Assembly: GCA_963825095.1 (NCBI GenBank)
Contig: CAWGRV010000008.1
Location: forward strand, 1-62,355
From: an uncultured Nitrosopumilaceae archaeon
GTDB lineage: Archaea; Thermoproteota; Nitrososphaeria; Nitrososphaerales; Nitrosopumilaceae
Length of the DNA stretch: 62,355 nt
Direction: 5' to 3'
This document shows positions 1 to 10,104 of the stretch, one piece after another. Positions within the stretch are counted from its first letter, which is position 1; each line of letters starts with the position of its first letter. The translations under genes and the position numbers were made by a program. The notes under the pieces were generated by a model. That model was not told the DNA's origin. It made no database searches and worked only from the letters and a program-made list of their open reading frames with translations.

Positions 1-2
1 AT

Positions 3-206
3 TCTTTAATAAATATTATTAAGAGGGGTGGTGATACGGATACGAATTGTGCAATAGCCGGCGGACTTCTTGGTGCTTATTATGGCATTAATGATATGAA
101 ATATTACGCAGATTTCCTGGATAATACAAAATATACGAGAATGGAAAGATATCCCTTCTTAGCAGTTAAAAATATTAGGAAATATCTGAATTGCATTTTC
201 AAATAA
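3..206 (+). CDS. ADP-ribosylglycohydrolase, C-terminal fragment (5' end outside window)
   Basis: Frame 3 is open from the window edge to TAA at 204-206. It contains ...KRGGDTDTNCAIAGGLLGAYYG..., the GGDTDT...AI.G.L.GA..G motif typical of ADP-ribosylglycohydrolase family C-termini. It overlaps the 3' end of the convergent gene 159..896 by about 48 bp. Confidence 0.55.
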   Translation, partial: SLINIIKRGGDTDTNCAIAGGLLGAYYGINDMKYYADFLDNTKYTRMERYPFLAVKNIRKYLNCIFK

Positions 207-896
207 GCGAAATTGTAATAAAGATGGTAAAAACATGGAATCCACGCGGTCAAAGAATCCGCCATGTGGTCCTAGTAGGTTCGAATAGTCTTTTATATCT
301 ATTGATCTCTTAAAAAAAGAAGAAAATAATCCTCCCAAAATACCTAATGTAAATATTTTAATCAGTTTATAAGTTATTTCGATATTAGAACCTCTAAATA
401 ATATACAGTCGACCAAAAGATACCGCCATAAAAAGATTGACACCAGTGTCAAAATAAAACCGCCAACATAACCTTCATAAGTCTTATTTCGACTTAACCA
501 GCCAATTTTTGTTTTTCCGAATACGTAACCACAAAGATACTGAAAGACATCCGAAAGCTGACTAATTATTATTATTTCAATAAGGATTGCTCTATCTTCG
601 AAATATAACTTGCGCAGATAATAGTTAAAAAGAAATATAATAGAACCGAAAATTAGAATTATTGATTTCCTGACATTCGTTTTATTCCACAAATATGTCA
701 AGTCATATAAAACGGCCAGATTTAGACTTATGTATAATAAATTAGTAAACTTATAAATGATACAAATAGCCAAAAATAAAGCCAGGCTAATTGCAACAAA
801 AATTCTCGCTAACATGTTACTTTGATTTATAAAATTAGTAACAAGTATTAACTTTATTTTTTCCATTTCAATTTTCTGAAATTTGAACAACACCAT
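159..896 (-). CDS. phosphatidate cytidylyltransferase (CDP-diacylglycerol synthase)
   Basis: 245 aa with multiple TM segments. The C-terminus SFFKRSIDIKDYSNLLGPHGGFFDRVDSMF matches the CDS signature S-x-[LIVMF]-K-R-x4-K-D-x-[GSA]-x2-[LIF]-[PG]-x-H-G-G-[LIVMF]-x-D-R-[LIVMFT]-D. Confidence 0.8.
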   Translation of the reverse strand: MVLFKFQKIEMEKIKLILVTNFINQSNMLARIFVAISLALFLAICIIYKFTNLLYISLNLAVLYDLTYLWNKTNVRKSIILIFGSIIFLFNYYLRKLYFEDRAILIEIIIISQLSDVFQYLCGYVFGKTKIGWLSRNKTYEGYVGGFILTLVSIFLWRYLLVDCILFRGSNIEITYKLIKIFTLGILGGLFSSFFKRSIDIKDYSNLLGPHGGFFDRVDSMFLPSLLQFRLFENAIQIFPNIFNC

Positions 897-1345
897 CTTT
901 AACTGTCACATTATGGTATCGATCCTTAATGGAAAAAGTACCTGAATGTTGAACTCGAGCGAATTTCTGTCGGAACCAGGACTAGTAAGTTGATAACCAT
1001 ATTCATCTTTGTTTCTGCTGATAATTAATTGAGAATTATGATTCAAACTAAATACATTTTCGCCATTCGATAGATCACTTAAAAGCAATTTTTTCTTTCG
1101 GGGTACATTTTCTCTCTTGTCTTTTCCGAAAAAATTTTTATAATAATATAGACCTAAAGTACTTATTCCAAAGAGACCAAAGAGTTAACCAAATTTTCGT
1201 TTGGAATCCATTCGAATATTCAAATTTATATTTTTTATTGGCACACATTTTTGAATTACAAATATCAAATTTTTTTTTGATATCTTGAAAATGTTGAAAT
1301 AAATTTATTCTTTTTCATTAAAAAATTATAATAATATTAAAAAAA

Positions 1346-2164
1346 ATGTTCAACAACATTATAAATTCCCTTGAAACAATAACTTCTCTATCGAGTAATT
1401 GTAATTTTGATGAAAAGATAAGGGAATTCATGAAAACGATGAGTTTCAGTACTTTCGAAAAATTGTTAATGATGCTTTCGGGTCAAAAAAAATTAAAGAA
1501 TAAACAATACGCTATTTACAAACAGACTTATAAAGAAATGAAATATGAATTGATCGACTACATTACGAATATTTTGGATGATGTATATCCTTTTGTTATT
1601 GACTCTTGTGATGAAAGTCTGATCCTAAATGCAATAGCCCCATTCTGTTTATCAGAATACATAAAGCAAAACTGCAAACAAAAGCGTATATTTTTACCAT
1701 TAAATTATTATACGGGTCTACAATCCACAGGACATCAAGCAGTAATAATGTTTGATAATTCTCGAAAAAAAATTTATGTGATTGATCCGAATGGAAAGCC
1801 AACTTTTTTAAATGAATTATTTGATACAGATTTGAGTTCTGAAATCGAGACTATGTTAACTAAATATTTCAGCGAACTGAAGAATTTTGACTTAAATTAC
1901 AAATATGTTTGCATATCAGAATGGAACAAGAATAACATTTGCATCAATCGTACTTTTAATAATGAACTTATTGGTTCCGGTAATTGCGTAGTGACCACTT
2001 TGTTGATAGTTCAGGTTATTTGTTCGTTATCTTTGACAGCGAAAGAGATTTTTAGATCTTTCGAAAAATTGTCGGATGAAGAACTAATGTTTTTAATCAA
2101 AACATATAGTTCAGGCATTTACAATACTCTGAACCTAGAAACAAATAAAAAAATAGAAAGGTAA
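1346..2164 (+). CDS. hypothetical protein; possible papain-fold cysteine peptidase (His..Asp..Cys order reminiscent of Ulp1/C48)
   Basis: 272-aa intact ORF. TGHQAVIMFDNSRKKIYVIDPNG followed by SGNCVVTTLLIVQ gives an H-D-C arrangement. This is a weak, motif-level call only. Confidence 0.3.
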   Translation: MFNNIINSLETITSLSSNCNFDEKIREFMKTMSFSTFEKLLMMLSGQKKLKNKQYAIYKQTYKEMKYELIDYITNILDDVYPFVIDSCDESLILNAIAPFCLSEYIKQNCKQKRIFLPLNYYTGLQSTGHQAVIMFDNSRKKIYVIDPNGKPTFLNELFDTDLSSEIETMLTKYFSELKNFDLNYKYVCISEWNKNNICINRTFNNELIGSGNCVVTTLLIVQVICSLSLTAKEIFRSFEKLSDEELMFLIKTYSSGIYNTLNLETNKKIER

Positions 2165-2266
2165 TAATCAAAATTTACAAATAACCAGAATGGCAATCCG
2201 TAGTGATTTTGAAATGTTATATTTTAATATAGTTCAAAAATTATCTATACTTTTAATAAGTTATTT

Positions 2267-3880
2267 ATGGAACAAGAAAAGATAAAAGCTGAGAATGAGT
2301 TCATCGACGCTTTGCTTAATTCTTCTGAACGTGAAAGAATCAAAGAAGACGATTTGAAATTGACACAAAAAATTATTGAGACGGCCGGTGACACTTCAGT
2401 AACAAATATATTTTTATTTGGAACTTCAATTTATCTCAATTTAGATGAAATAATGGCTCATGGACTTGATGCAAAAACCATAAAAAAATTAACAAAAAAA
2501 TACGATATAATTTGGCCATGGAGCTTGCTTTATGATGCCAAAAGACAAGGAAATAATAAAAGATGGAACAAATTTCCATTATTAATTGTTTTTCCAAAGA
2601 ATGCCGAGGAAGTATCTTTCTGGATTAAGTTTTGTTCGAAATATAATTTTACTCCGAGTATCCGATCTGGTGGACACAATTATGAATATTTTTCAGGTCA
2701 AAATGAAGCCATCATAGATACAAGTAAATTATTACTCGCTTCAAATAAAAAACAAATGAAAATTAACGATGATGATACAGTCACTGTGACAGCAGGAACG
2801 AGACTCGGACTTTTATATAATAAATTAGCGGAAAAGGATCTAATTATTGCGGGTGGTATTTGTCCAAGTGTTTGTATCGGTGGGTTAATAACGGGTGGTG
2901 GTATAGGTTATATGATTAGAAAATTTGGACTCGCAATGGATAATTTAGTAGAAGCTAAAATAGTATTGGCGAGTGGGCAAATCATAGTTACTTCGAACAA
3001 AAAGAAAAACAAATATCGAGATTTATTCAAAGCAATAAAAGGGGCAGGTGCTGGAAATTTTGGAGTCATCACCAAATATAAAGTCAAAACTCATAAAATC
3101 AAAAAGGTAGTTTATTTTGTTTATACTTTTAATTTGACAGATGGCGTCGGCATCATAACTCAATTCCAAACATTAATTCAAACAGCACCCGATGACCTAG
3201 CCGGTATGGTCATAAATATTCCCACGGGAACAAATACCGTAATAATTAATGGAATTTATTCCGGAGCTCTGGATGACTTCAATAATTTGATTCAGACTGA
3301 ATTCTTGATTCCATTGAGTGATATAAATATTCATCTCGTAGAAACAAGTATACAAGTTTTATCCTTTGTTGAGGCTGAACAAAATATTGCACTCGAAGAA
3401 ACAGCCAGTTTACCGGCTTACAAGAACTATAAGATAAGATCAAATATTTATTTTACGCCAATTGATCAAGCAGGATTAGAATCAATAGTAAATTTTCTAC
3501 AAATTCCGCCAGCATTTTCCGATCCAACTTCAGGTTTTTCGGCTATCCAAATTGCGGCATTCGGCGGCTTCGTCAGCAGGGTACCGCCTTCTTCTTCGGT
3601 TTTCGGAGCAAGGAATAACGGGCCTATTTTAGCTTGGATACAATCTGCGATATATTGGAATGATTTACAGGATAGTCAACTCGCATTTGATTATATAAAT
3701 AGTTTTTACAATCTCGTTTTGCCACTGACCACAGCATTTGCCGATCCTAATGTTACCGATTTGAGTTTATCTAATTATTTAGAATCTTATTACGGAGTCA
3801 ATGTCCCTTTTCTGAGTGAAGTTAAAACAAAATATGATCCAAATAATTTGTTTCAAACATTACAACCGATACCGTTATAA
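2267..3880 (+). CDS. FAD-linked oxidase, PCMH-type FAD_binding_4 plus BBE-like C-terminus
   Basis: 537 aa. RSGGHNY...GG.C.....GG.ITGGGIGYMIRKFGLAMDNLVEAKIV resembles a FAD-binding PCMH domain. The C-terminal YDPNNLFQTLQPIP resembles the berberine-bridge (BBE) domain. Confidence 0.7.
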   Translation: MEQEKIKAENEFIDALLNSSERERIKEDDLKLTQKIIETAGDTSVTNIFLFGTSIYLNLDEIMAHGLDAKTIKKLTKKYDIIWPWSLLYDAKRQGNNKRWNKFPLLIVFPKNAEEVSFWIKFCSKYNFTPSIRSGGHNYEYFSGQNEAIIDTSKLLLASNKKQMKINDDDTVTVTAGTRLGLLYNKLAEKDLIIAGGICPSVCIGGLITGGGIGYMIRKFGLAMDNLVEAKIVLASGQIIVTSNKKKNKYRDLFKAIKGAGAGNFGVITKYKVKTHKIKKVVYFVYTFNLTDGVGIITQFQTLIQTAPDDLAGMVINIPTGTNTVIINGIYSGALDDFNNLIQTEFLIPLSDINIHLVETSIQVLSFVEAEQNIALEETASLPAYKNYKIRSNIYFTPIDQAGLESIVNFLQIPPAFSDPTSGFSAIQIAAFGGFVSRVPPSSSVFGARNNGPILAWIQSAIYWNDLQDSQLAFDYINSFYNLVLPLTTAFADPNVTDLSLSNYLESYYGVNVPFLSEVKTKYDPNNLFQTLQPIPL

Positions 3881-3884
3881 CTGT

Positions 3885-4268
3885 TTATCTCAAGTCAATA
3901 ATGTATTCTGGATTACAATTGATATCTTCATCGGTCACTGAATTGATTTCGTGGTAGGAATATTGCATACTATCTGTTTCTTTATCGTATGAAGAGCCTG
4001 TCATATATTTTATACGCGGAAATCGTTGACGAATTTCAGTGAGTAAATACTTTTTATTTTCTTTACTTAGGCCATAATTGAAACCAAATTTTGCGGTTAC
4101 TGGCCCGGTGTCTGACATTCTTTTCTCTCGATCCATAACTAAATTATAAATTCTATAAAGTTCCGTTTTCAATAAATCATCCTGTATTCTTTGTTGTTTT
4201 CGTTCATCGATCTTGTTAAATGTTTCAATGCGAAAGTCCGAAGGAAATGTTGGTTTATTCTCTGCCAT
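3885..4268 (-). CDS. hypothetical protein
   Basis: 127-aa ORF packed between neighbouring genes; no recognisable motif. Confidence 0.4.
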   Translation of the reverse strand: MAENKPTFPSDFRIETFNKIDERKQQRIQDDLLKTELYRIYNLVMDREKRMSDTGPVTAKFGFNYGLSKENKKYLLTEIRQRFPRIKYMTGSSYDKETDSMQYSYHEINSVTDEDINCNPEYIIDLR

Positions 4269-4404
4269 TATCTTTTTACTCCTAAGAAAATAATGTCCTC
4301 GCCAAAGTCTTTAAAAATCAACTTTTTATTACTTAAAAAGTTGATTTTTAGAAGCGTTAAAAATCTGGACATTATCATTTTCGGGATGAAAAAAACATGG
4401 TCAA

Positions 4405-5064
4405 ATGTTGGGATTTGACGACATATTCGGCGTTGAAATGGATTGCGTCATCTTAAAAGAATTCAATTGCAGTGTCAGGACAAAGGAATATGATTATTTG
4501 TACAACGGCACTTTTGCTTCTTTTAAGAATGATTTAGCATCTTTATTATATTTAGGCGATGCCAAAAGAATTGGTACTTTGTGGGGATGCTCGCAAGTGA
4601 ACGAGTTCCGACATTCGCGTGATCTATTCGAGTGGATGGGAAGTTTAGATATTATTTATGAAAATGATATCAGATTGTTATTACTAGTGTTACTGTTAAT
4701 AAATAAAGAATTCAAGAACTATTTTTTAAAGATGATTATGGGTTATCAGTTAAAACAATTGACAGATGGAAACAAGTTGGTTCTCAAAAAAATCAATGTT
4801 TTTGAGAACGGACAAGATGCTTTTATAACTCCCCATATCTATAAATCTCTGAAGGAAGAACTGAACTCTAAGTCAATTCAACTTATAACACCTGGTGGTA
4901 TCCAAGAAAATATTTGCAAAATGTGTTTTGAAAATGAAATAAATGTGGTTTTAATAAAGTGTGGCCATTTAGTCGTATGTGAAAGGTGCTCCAAAAACAA
5001 ATTAAAAGAATGCCCCATTTGTCGAAAACAAATTGTAGAAATTATGAAAGTTTATAGAACTTGA
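4405..5064 (+). CDS. C-terminal C3HC4 RING finger protein (putative E3 ubiquitin ligase, IAP/MDM2-type RING)
   Basis: ATG at 4405. The C-terminus is CKMCFENEINVVLIKCGHLVVCERCSKNKLKECPICRKQI, a C3HC4 RING at the extreme C-terminus. Confidence 0.65.
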   Translation: MLGFDDIFGVEMDCVILKEFNCSVRTKEYDYLYNGTFASFKNDLASLLYLGDAKRIGTLWGCSQVNEFRHSRDLFEWMGSLDIIYENDIRLLLLVLLLINKEFKNYFLKMIMGYQLKQLTDGNKLVLKKINVFENGQDAFITPHIYKSLKEELNSKSIQLITPGGIQENICKMCFENEINVVLIKCGHLVVCERCSKNKLKECPICRKQIVEIMKVYRT

Positions 5065-5068
5065 GTGA

Positions 5069-6280
5069 CTATCTAATCACATTTATGTGCCCGTTTTTGA
5101 ATTCCATGATTACCGTATTAAATTGCCAAACTTTACCGTTGACTTCTTGGGGGAATTCTAAAATATAATCATCATCACCACACCAAATGCCACCAGAATC
5201 AGCATCATATTCAAGAGGGAACAAACAAAAATACATTGACCCCAATTTATCTGGTAATTTTTCAACATTCCTAACGTCTCTTTCTAAATATTGAAAGTCT
5301 CCCCTTGATAATTCATAGTTCGTGTCCGTAATTTTATTTTTCAGGTTAATGAAATCAATTTTTTTGTCTGTACTCCAAAGCAAAAATTGGCAATAACCAC
5401 GTTTTAGATTGTAGTATGATTTATGTTCGAGAACTGCTTCATTTATTTCTGAAACCACACTCTGATAATTCATGTTTTCAAGTTTTGCTGATTCCATTGC
5501 ATCGACCTCAGAAAAACGAAATTTGAGATAAGTAACCAGGTCTGAATATTTGCTCGATTTTATCTGAACATTTATTTTCTGAGTTGACAAAGATTGAAAG
5601 CATAATTTTGGTTGATGAGATTTCATAAAATATAACGGAATATAATAATAACCATCTATCTTGACAATTTTATGTTTATTGATAAAAGGAGAAACTTCCA
5701 ACGAATACTTTATCGAATACTCATTATTTATAATTATTTGAACTTCAAAAGTGGCTAGGTCGTCCAAATTTATAATTTTTGGAATCAAAAAATAAAGATC
5801 GGATATCAAACCGATTCTTTGGATATCGTAGTCAATAGGCATTGTCGAAAATTGAATGGCTTGCAAATAATAAAGGCAATAGGTCGATCTTCTATAAATT
5901 GTCCGGTGAAAGGTGACATCAGGAGTCGTTTTTATCAATTTATAAAGTCGAGACAAATCCCTATTATAATTTTTATCGAAAGAATCAAAATTGATTTCAC
6001 ATATTGGTTCTTGATTATCTTTTATTTGTTCTTCGATTAAACTATAAAATTTCAATTCTGAATAATATTTGTAAGGATATTCATATTTTGGATTTCTAAG
6101 TAAATTCAAAATATGCCTGAACAATTTTGGATCTCTATCTATAAAATATGGCTCCTCTTTGCTGGTTTTAATAGAACCATTTACATTTTTTATACCACTG
6201 AAATAAGGGGATCTCAGTAGAGTATCTTCGGTTGTTTCGAATATTTGTCCGCCAACATTAAGGTAAACAATTTGCGACAT
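5069..6280 (-). CDS. BTB/POZ (KCTD T1-like) domain protein
   Basis: The N-terminus IVYLNVGGQIFETTEDTLLRSPYFSGI...PYFIDRDPKLFRHILNLLRNPKY is a T1/BTB tetramerisation-like signature. 403 aa. It is a paralog of 7862..8485. Confidence 0.65.
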   Translation of the reverse strand: MSQIVYLNVGGQIFETTEDTLLRSPYFSGIKNVNGSIKTSKEEPYFIDRDPKLFRHILNLLRNPKYEYPYKYYSELKFYSLIEEQIKDNQEPICEINFDSFDKNYNRDLSRLYKLIKTTPDVTFHRTIYRRSTYCLYYLQAIQFSTMPIDYDIQRIGLISDLYFLIPKIINLDDLATFEVQIIINNEYSIKYSLEVSPFINKHKIVKIDGYYYIPLYFMKSHQPKLCFQSLSTQKINVQIKSSKYSDLVTYLKFRFSEVDAMESAKLENMNYQSVVSEINEAVLEHKSYYNLKRGYCQFLLWSTDKKIDFINLKNKITDTNYELSRGDFQYLERDVRNVEKLPDKLGSMYFCLFPLEYDADSGGIWCGDDDYILEFPQEVNGKVWQFNTVIMEFKNGHINVIR

Positions 6281-6403
6281 CTTTGACTTATTCTACTTTT
6301 GATTCACTTATCTTATTTTCATAGCATATCAATTTTTTATAAAAACCAATCTAAAATTTGAAAAGATTATATATTAAATATATATTATCCTTTACATATT
6401 ACA

Positions 6404-7003
6404 ATGATTCCGCCATTAACACTTTTAGCGTGTATTGCTTTTCCCTTAAAAGAAGTTTTGAAAGATAAAAAACAAATTCGAGAATTGATTCAGTATCCAA
6501 TAGAAATAGTCACAGAAGTGTTACACAATTCTCATGATGAGAGAATCAAAACGTATTACGAAACTTATTACGCAATTGACAAAAATTTAAATTTCTTTTT
6601 AGTACAGAAATTGATTCAGAAAATAATTGATGAAACTGGAAAAGAATATGTCCATAAGATGGTTTATAAGGATTTTGAAATCTATCGCTGTTCGAGATGT
6701 GAAGAGAAAAAATCTGCAATTGTAATATTGCCTTGTTTCGATGTAAGGTTCGGTTTTGGAAGTTATTCATGTTATTATTGTTATTTAAGAAATTCTGAAA
6801 TGGACAGAGAACACAGTAAAAAATTAGTAGAGGAAAAATATATGAGAGTGGGGAAGACACTAGAAGATAAACTAAGAAATGGGGAGTTTGAGAGGATTAT
6901 TAAACAAAGGGAATATGTTAAAGAAAAATTAGAATTATTTTTATTGGATAAAGATTTAACAAATTCTTTGCATAATATCGTTACATTGTTTCAAAAAAAT
7001 TGA
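6404..7003 (+). CDS. hypothetical Cys-rich protein
   Basis: 199 aa with a CSRCEEKK...CFDVRFGFGSYSCYYCY cysteine cluster; no confident family assignment. Confidence 0.4.
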   Translation: MIPPLTLLACIAFPLKEVLKDKKQIRELIQYPIEIVTEVLHNSHDERIKTYYETYYAIDKNLNFFLVQKLIQKIIDETGKEYVHKMVYKDFEIYRCSRCEEKKSAIVILPCFDVRFGFGSYSCYYCYLRNSEMDREHSKKLVEEKYMRVGKTLEDKLRNGEFERIIKQREYVKEKLELFLLDKDLTNSLHNIVTLFQKN

Positions 7004-7072
7004 AATTTAAAATCGCTGCTAAGTCCTTTATTGAGGACTTAATTTGCTCTTACTTGAAAGCTTTTCCAACAA

Positions 7073-7345
7073 ATGGCAACAGAGGTGAGAATTCTTTCGA
7101 CCGAAGATATAATCAAGAGTTTCAAGCACTACGGTCCGACCACATTGAAACATATTCCTTGCCACAAGTGCGCAAAAAATTCTTACGTCAATATCACAGG
7201 GCCGGTGAAGTCAAACAGCCTCGACATGCATACGAAGGTGGTGCGAGGACACTTTTATTGCCAAGCATGTGCTCGTGCCCAAATGCTAAAATTTAGCCGC
7301 AATGTGACTTTCAAATCGGAAAGTGACGGAGTAACTTTGTTGTGA
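7073..7345 (+). CDS. small putative zinc-ribbon protein in a locally GC-enriched patch
   Basis: CHKC...(29 aa)...CQAC fits a C-x2-C...C-x2-C zinc-ribbon pattern. It overlaps the alternative-frame ORF 7000..7296, so only one of the two is likely real. The region 7020-7330 is visibly GC-richer than its flanks. Confidence 0.3.
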   Translation: MATEVRILSTEDIIKSFKHYGPTTLKHIPCHKCAKNSYVNITGPVKSNSLDMHTKVVRGHFYCQACARAQMLKFSRNVTFKSESDGVTLL

Positions 7346-7403
7346 AAAAATTTTTTTTGTTTATAAACCAAATTTGTATCATTTTACGTGTTTAGTAAAA
7401 TTT

Positions 7404-7751
7404 TTATTTTTTAGTTAAAAAATTTACAAAACTTTTAAGAAATGGGGAAATGTTAACCAAAAAATGAATAATTAAGAGAGAAAACCAAAACATAAGACTC
7501 GTGTAAATTGCCAATCCGATCGGAAAAACAATAATGATGGCGCTTATGAGAAAATCATTGAATTCGGCATAATAGTAAATTATTGCAGCATTCATACTAC
7601 TCGCTAGAATACCCATAGTGATCGCGATCGTTGTAAAATAGGCAGCAAATTTATAAATTCTAAATCCGAAATATCTACATATAAGTACGATAAAGGTAGT
7701 CACAATAAAAGTTGGATACGGAGAAATCAGAAAATCAATAAACCCTTGCAT
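7404..7751 (-). CDS. hypothetical multi-pass membrane protein
   Basis: 115 aa, almost entirely hydrophobic segments. rc-AAAATTGA (TCAATTTT) lies at 7801-7808, 50 bp upstream. Confidence 0.45.
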   Translation of the reverse strand: MQGFIDFLISPYPTFIVTTFIVLICRYFGFRIYKFAAYFTTIAITMGILASSMNAAIIYYYAEFNDFLISAIIIVFPIGLAIYTSLMFWFSLLIIHFLVNISPFLKSFVNFLTKK

Positions 7752-7800
7752 TCCAGAATTGAAAATCTAGCTATAAAAAAATATTCAAAAATTAAAAAAA

Positions 7801-7808
7801 TCAATTTT
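7801..7808 (-). promoter_or_regulatory. AAAATTGA early-promoter-like octamer (reverse strand) upstream of 7404..7751
   Basis: Exact octamer 50 bp upstream of the minus-strand start codon. This motif is the known Mimivirus early promoter element. Confidence 0.4.
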
Positions 7809-7861
7809 TATATAGAATGTCACTGAGTAATTTCTATCTTTAGCCAATAATAATTACGAAT

Positions 7862-8485
7862 TTAATTATTATTATTTTTATGAACATAACAAAAGTCTAC
7901 GTTACAATCGTTTCCATAAATATGAAAGTCCAATTGTGTTAAATCCGCTAATTTTTCTATAAAATTTTTCTTCAATTTGAAGTACTTAAATTGTCTATCT
8001 GTGTTAAATAATTTAAAGAATAAAAATAATTGCGGCTCCTGTATTTTCATAATATAAGTTCCTTCTGACTTGATTTCAAAACCTGAAAATTCTGATGGAT
8101 CTATTTTTAGGATCAAATCTATAATTGTGAATCTTGTGCCATCTAATGAATTCAATCGCGAATCTCCATAATAACTATTTTGTGTAGTGGAACAATATAT
8201 TGAAACATCAATATTTTTGCGTTCATAGCTTTTGATTGTTATAAAACCAAAATAATCGAACATATTATTTATATTGTTTGTTAAAATTTCATCATCCGGA
8301 TAAAAATAATTAGGATCTCTCATTTTGTTTAGAACATGCGTGAATATTTTAAAATCTAAATCCAGGAAAATTTCTTGGTCATGATCCCAAGATTCAAAAT
8401 AAGTCTTAAAATAAGGCATTTTCATCAATGTCGATTTTAGAGTTTCACACTTTTTTCCGCCAACGTTTAAAGTTATTTTATCCAT
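7862..8485 (-). CDS. BTB/POZ (KCTD T1-like) domain protein
   Basis: MDKITLNVGGKKCETLKSTLMKMPYFKTYFES...EIFLDLDFKIFTHVLNKMRDPNY; paralog of 5069..6280. Confidence 0.65.
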   Translation of the reverse strand: MDKITLNVGGKKCETLKSTLMKMPYFKTYFESWDHDQEIFLDLDFKIFTHVLNKMRDPNYFYPDDEILTNNINNMFDYFGFITIKSYERKNIDVSIYCSTTQNSYYGDSRLNSLDGTRFTIIDLILKIDPSEFSGFEIKSEGTYIMKIQEPQLFLFFKLFNTDRQFKYFKLKKNFIEKLADLTQLDFHIYGNDCNVDFCYVHKNNNN

Positions 8486-8814
8486 CGTTAATGTTCATCT
8501 TTCAAGTAATGGTGATTATGCTGAAATAAAAAAATAATCAAAATTTTTAGCCAACATATTTGATAACTGCCCATCTCTTCCGGTGCTTGAGATTTTTTAT
8601 AAGTGTAATTAAAGCATCGGAAGCAGTGTTTAATTATATTTTTGAGTTCATGTTATGATATCAAAAATGTATAATCGATTAATCGATCCCAGGAAACATA
8701 TATTATCCCCGTCCCCTTTTTGATCAAGAATGGTTTTTTGTATTTTTTGTTGCACAATGTCTTCCATATTTTTTTACCTCAAAAACACGACTTTCTGGTA
8801 GGAATTCATAAAAC

Positions 8815-9555
8815 TTAATCTCTGAATGAATAATTCGACTTTGGGTATTCATAAATATGAGTAATCCATTTTTTAGAATCGAAATTAAAATCAGAAGGGT
8901 AAATGATGCTTCTTCCTTTTTTAATTAAAAAGTCAATGAATTCATGAATATTATTTATAAAATTTATTTTGTAGGAAATTTCATTGATTTTTTTGCCATC
9001 GGACCATTTTGATTTTATAATCGATTTGATTTGAATCCCGTAATCTGATAAGAGACTATTAAAGAAACCTAAAAATGATTTGACACTGATTATATTTCTT
9101 TTATTCAAACCGAATAATGATAAACAAAACTTCGGATTGGTAAACAGGTAAGATAATTTTTTGACCACTTCTATATTACTTTGAAATTGCTTTCTTGCTA
9201 TTCTTTTCGAGTCAGATATGTTATCAAATCCGAGCATATTTATGATTTCCCTAACTATTCTATTCTTCTCCTTTTTCTTTTGAATGTCATAATCTATTTT
9301 AGTACCGATTTTGTCGGAGCCTTCTAGATTTTTATCATCTATGAGTCCTAATAAATTGAACAAAACATCTGTTTTTTGATAAAAACAATCCAAGAAATGA
9401 AAATCTATCTTGTCTATTCCAAAATTATGTTTATACATATACTTTTCTATCTGAACTTTTTCACTTCTTGTTGCTCGATTATTCATTTGCTTATTAAGCA
9501 AGATTCCAAAATCTTCTTTGCTTATATCCGGGGCCTCTAAAATTTCTTTCTTCAT
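8815..9555 (-). CDS. hypothetical protein
   Basis: 246-aa ORF. The adjacent small minus-strand ORFs 9570..9770 and 9791..10015 may be fragments of the same or a neighbouring decayed gene. Confidence 0.4.
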   Translation of the reverse strand: MKKEILEAPDISKEDFGILLNKQMNNRATRSEKVQIEKYMYKHNFGIDKIDFHFLDCFYQKTDVLFNLLGLIDDKNLEGSDKIGTKIDYDIQKKKEKNRIVREIINMLGFDNISDSKRIARKQFQSNIEVVKKLSYLFTNPKFCLSLFGLNKRNIISVKSFLGFFNSLLSDYGIQIKSIIKSKWSDGKKINEISYKINFINNIHEFIDFLIKKGRSIIYPSDFNFDSKKWITHIYEYPKSNYSFRD

Positions 9556-10104
9556 GATTTCAGTTTTATTTATTTCTTCTCTTTTCTTGGTGTGTTTGCG
9601 AGGACCAATGGAATAATATGGCTAAAATTATGACCTTTCTTTTTCAGCAAATTAAGCAAATAAGGAATAAAGTAATTTGCATTCTTATTTACGTTTTCTT
9701 GTTCGTTATAAATAGTTATCATGTCAAATAATTCAATTTCTAATTTAAGAACCATTTTATTCTTCTCCATATTAAAAATCAGGTTTTCTGTTATAATGGA
9801 TGATTATTTAATTCCATAACATAATTCTTTGGTTTCTTAAAAGTATAAAAAGAGGGCAATTCTTTATATCTCAATCCATTCGTACAGAACCATAATATTT
9901 GGTTATCAGAAAATTTTCTGCACTCTGCACACATCTGTAATAGTGATCTGGCGGAACAAGAATTCGCAGATAAGATACAATATAATTTATCAAAATGAAG
10001 AACATCAAAATTCACTCCGGCTTCGATTGTTGGACGAATAAATCACCACTTGATATTCAGACCAAAATTTATTAACATCTTTAAGTTTTTGCTTTAAAGT
10101 ATCG

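Noticed and set aside
5819-6040. Short antisense or alternative-frame ORFs nested in long genes (for example 5819..6040, 1596..1802, 6546..6860, 16585..16794, 21387..21698, 48395..49369 set)
   Set aside because: Fully contained within stronger, longer, motif-bearing ORFs on the other strand or frame; typical AT-rich shadow ORFs.
7000-7296. ORF 7000..7296 overlapping 7073..7345 in another frame
   Set aside because: Only one can be real. The 7073 frame has a zinc-ribbon C-x2-C...C-x2-C pattern; the 7000 frame is Arg/Pro-rich with no features, likely spurious in GC-rich DNA.
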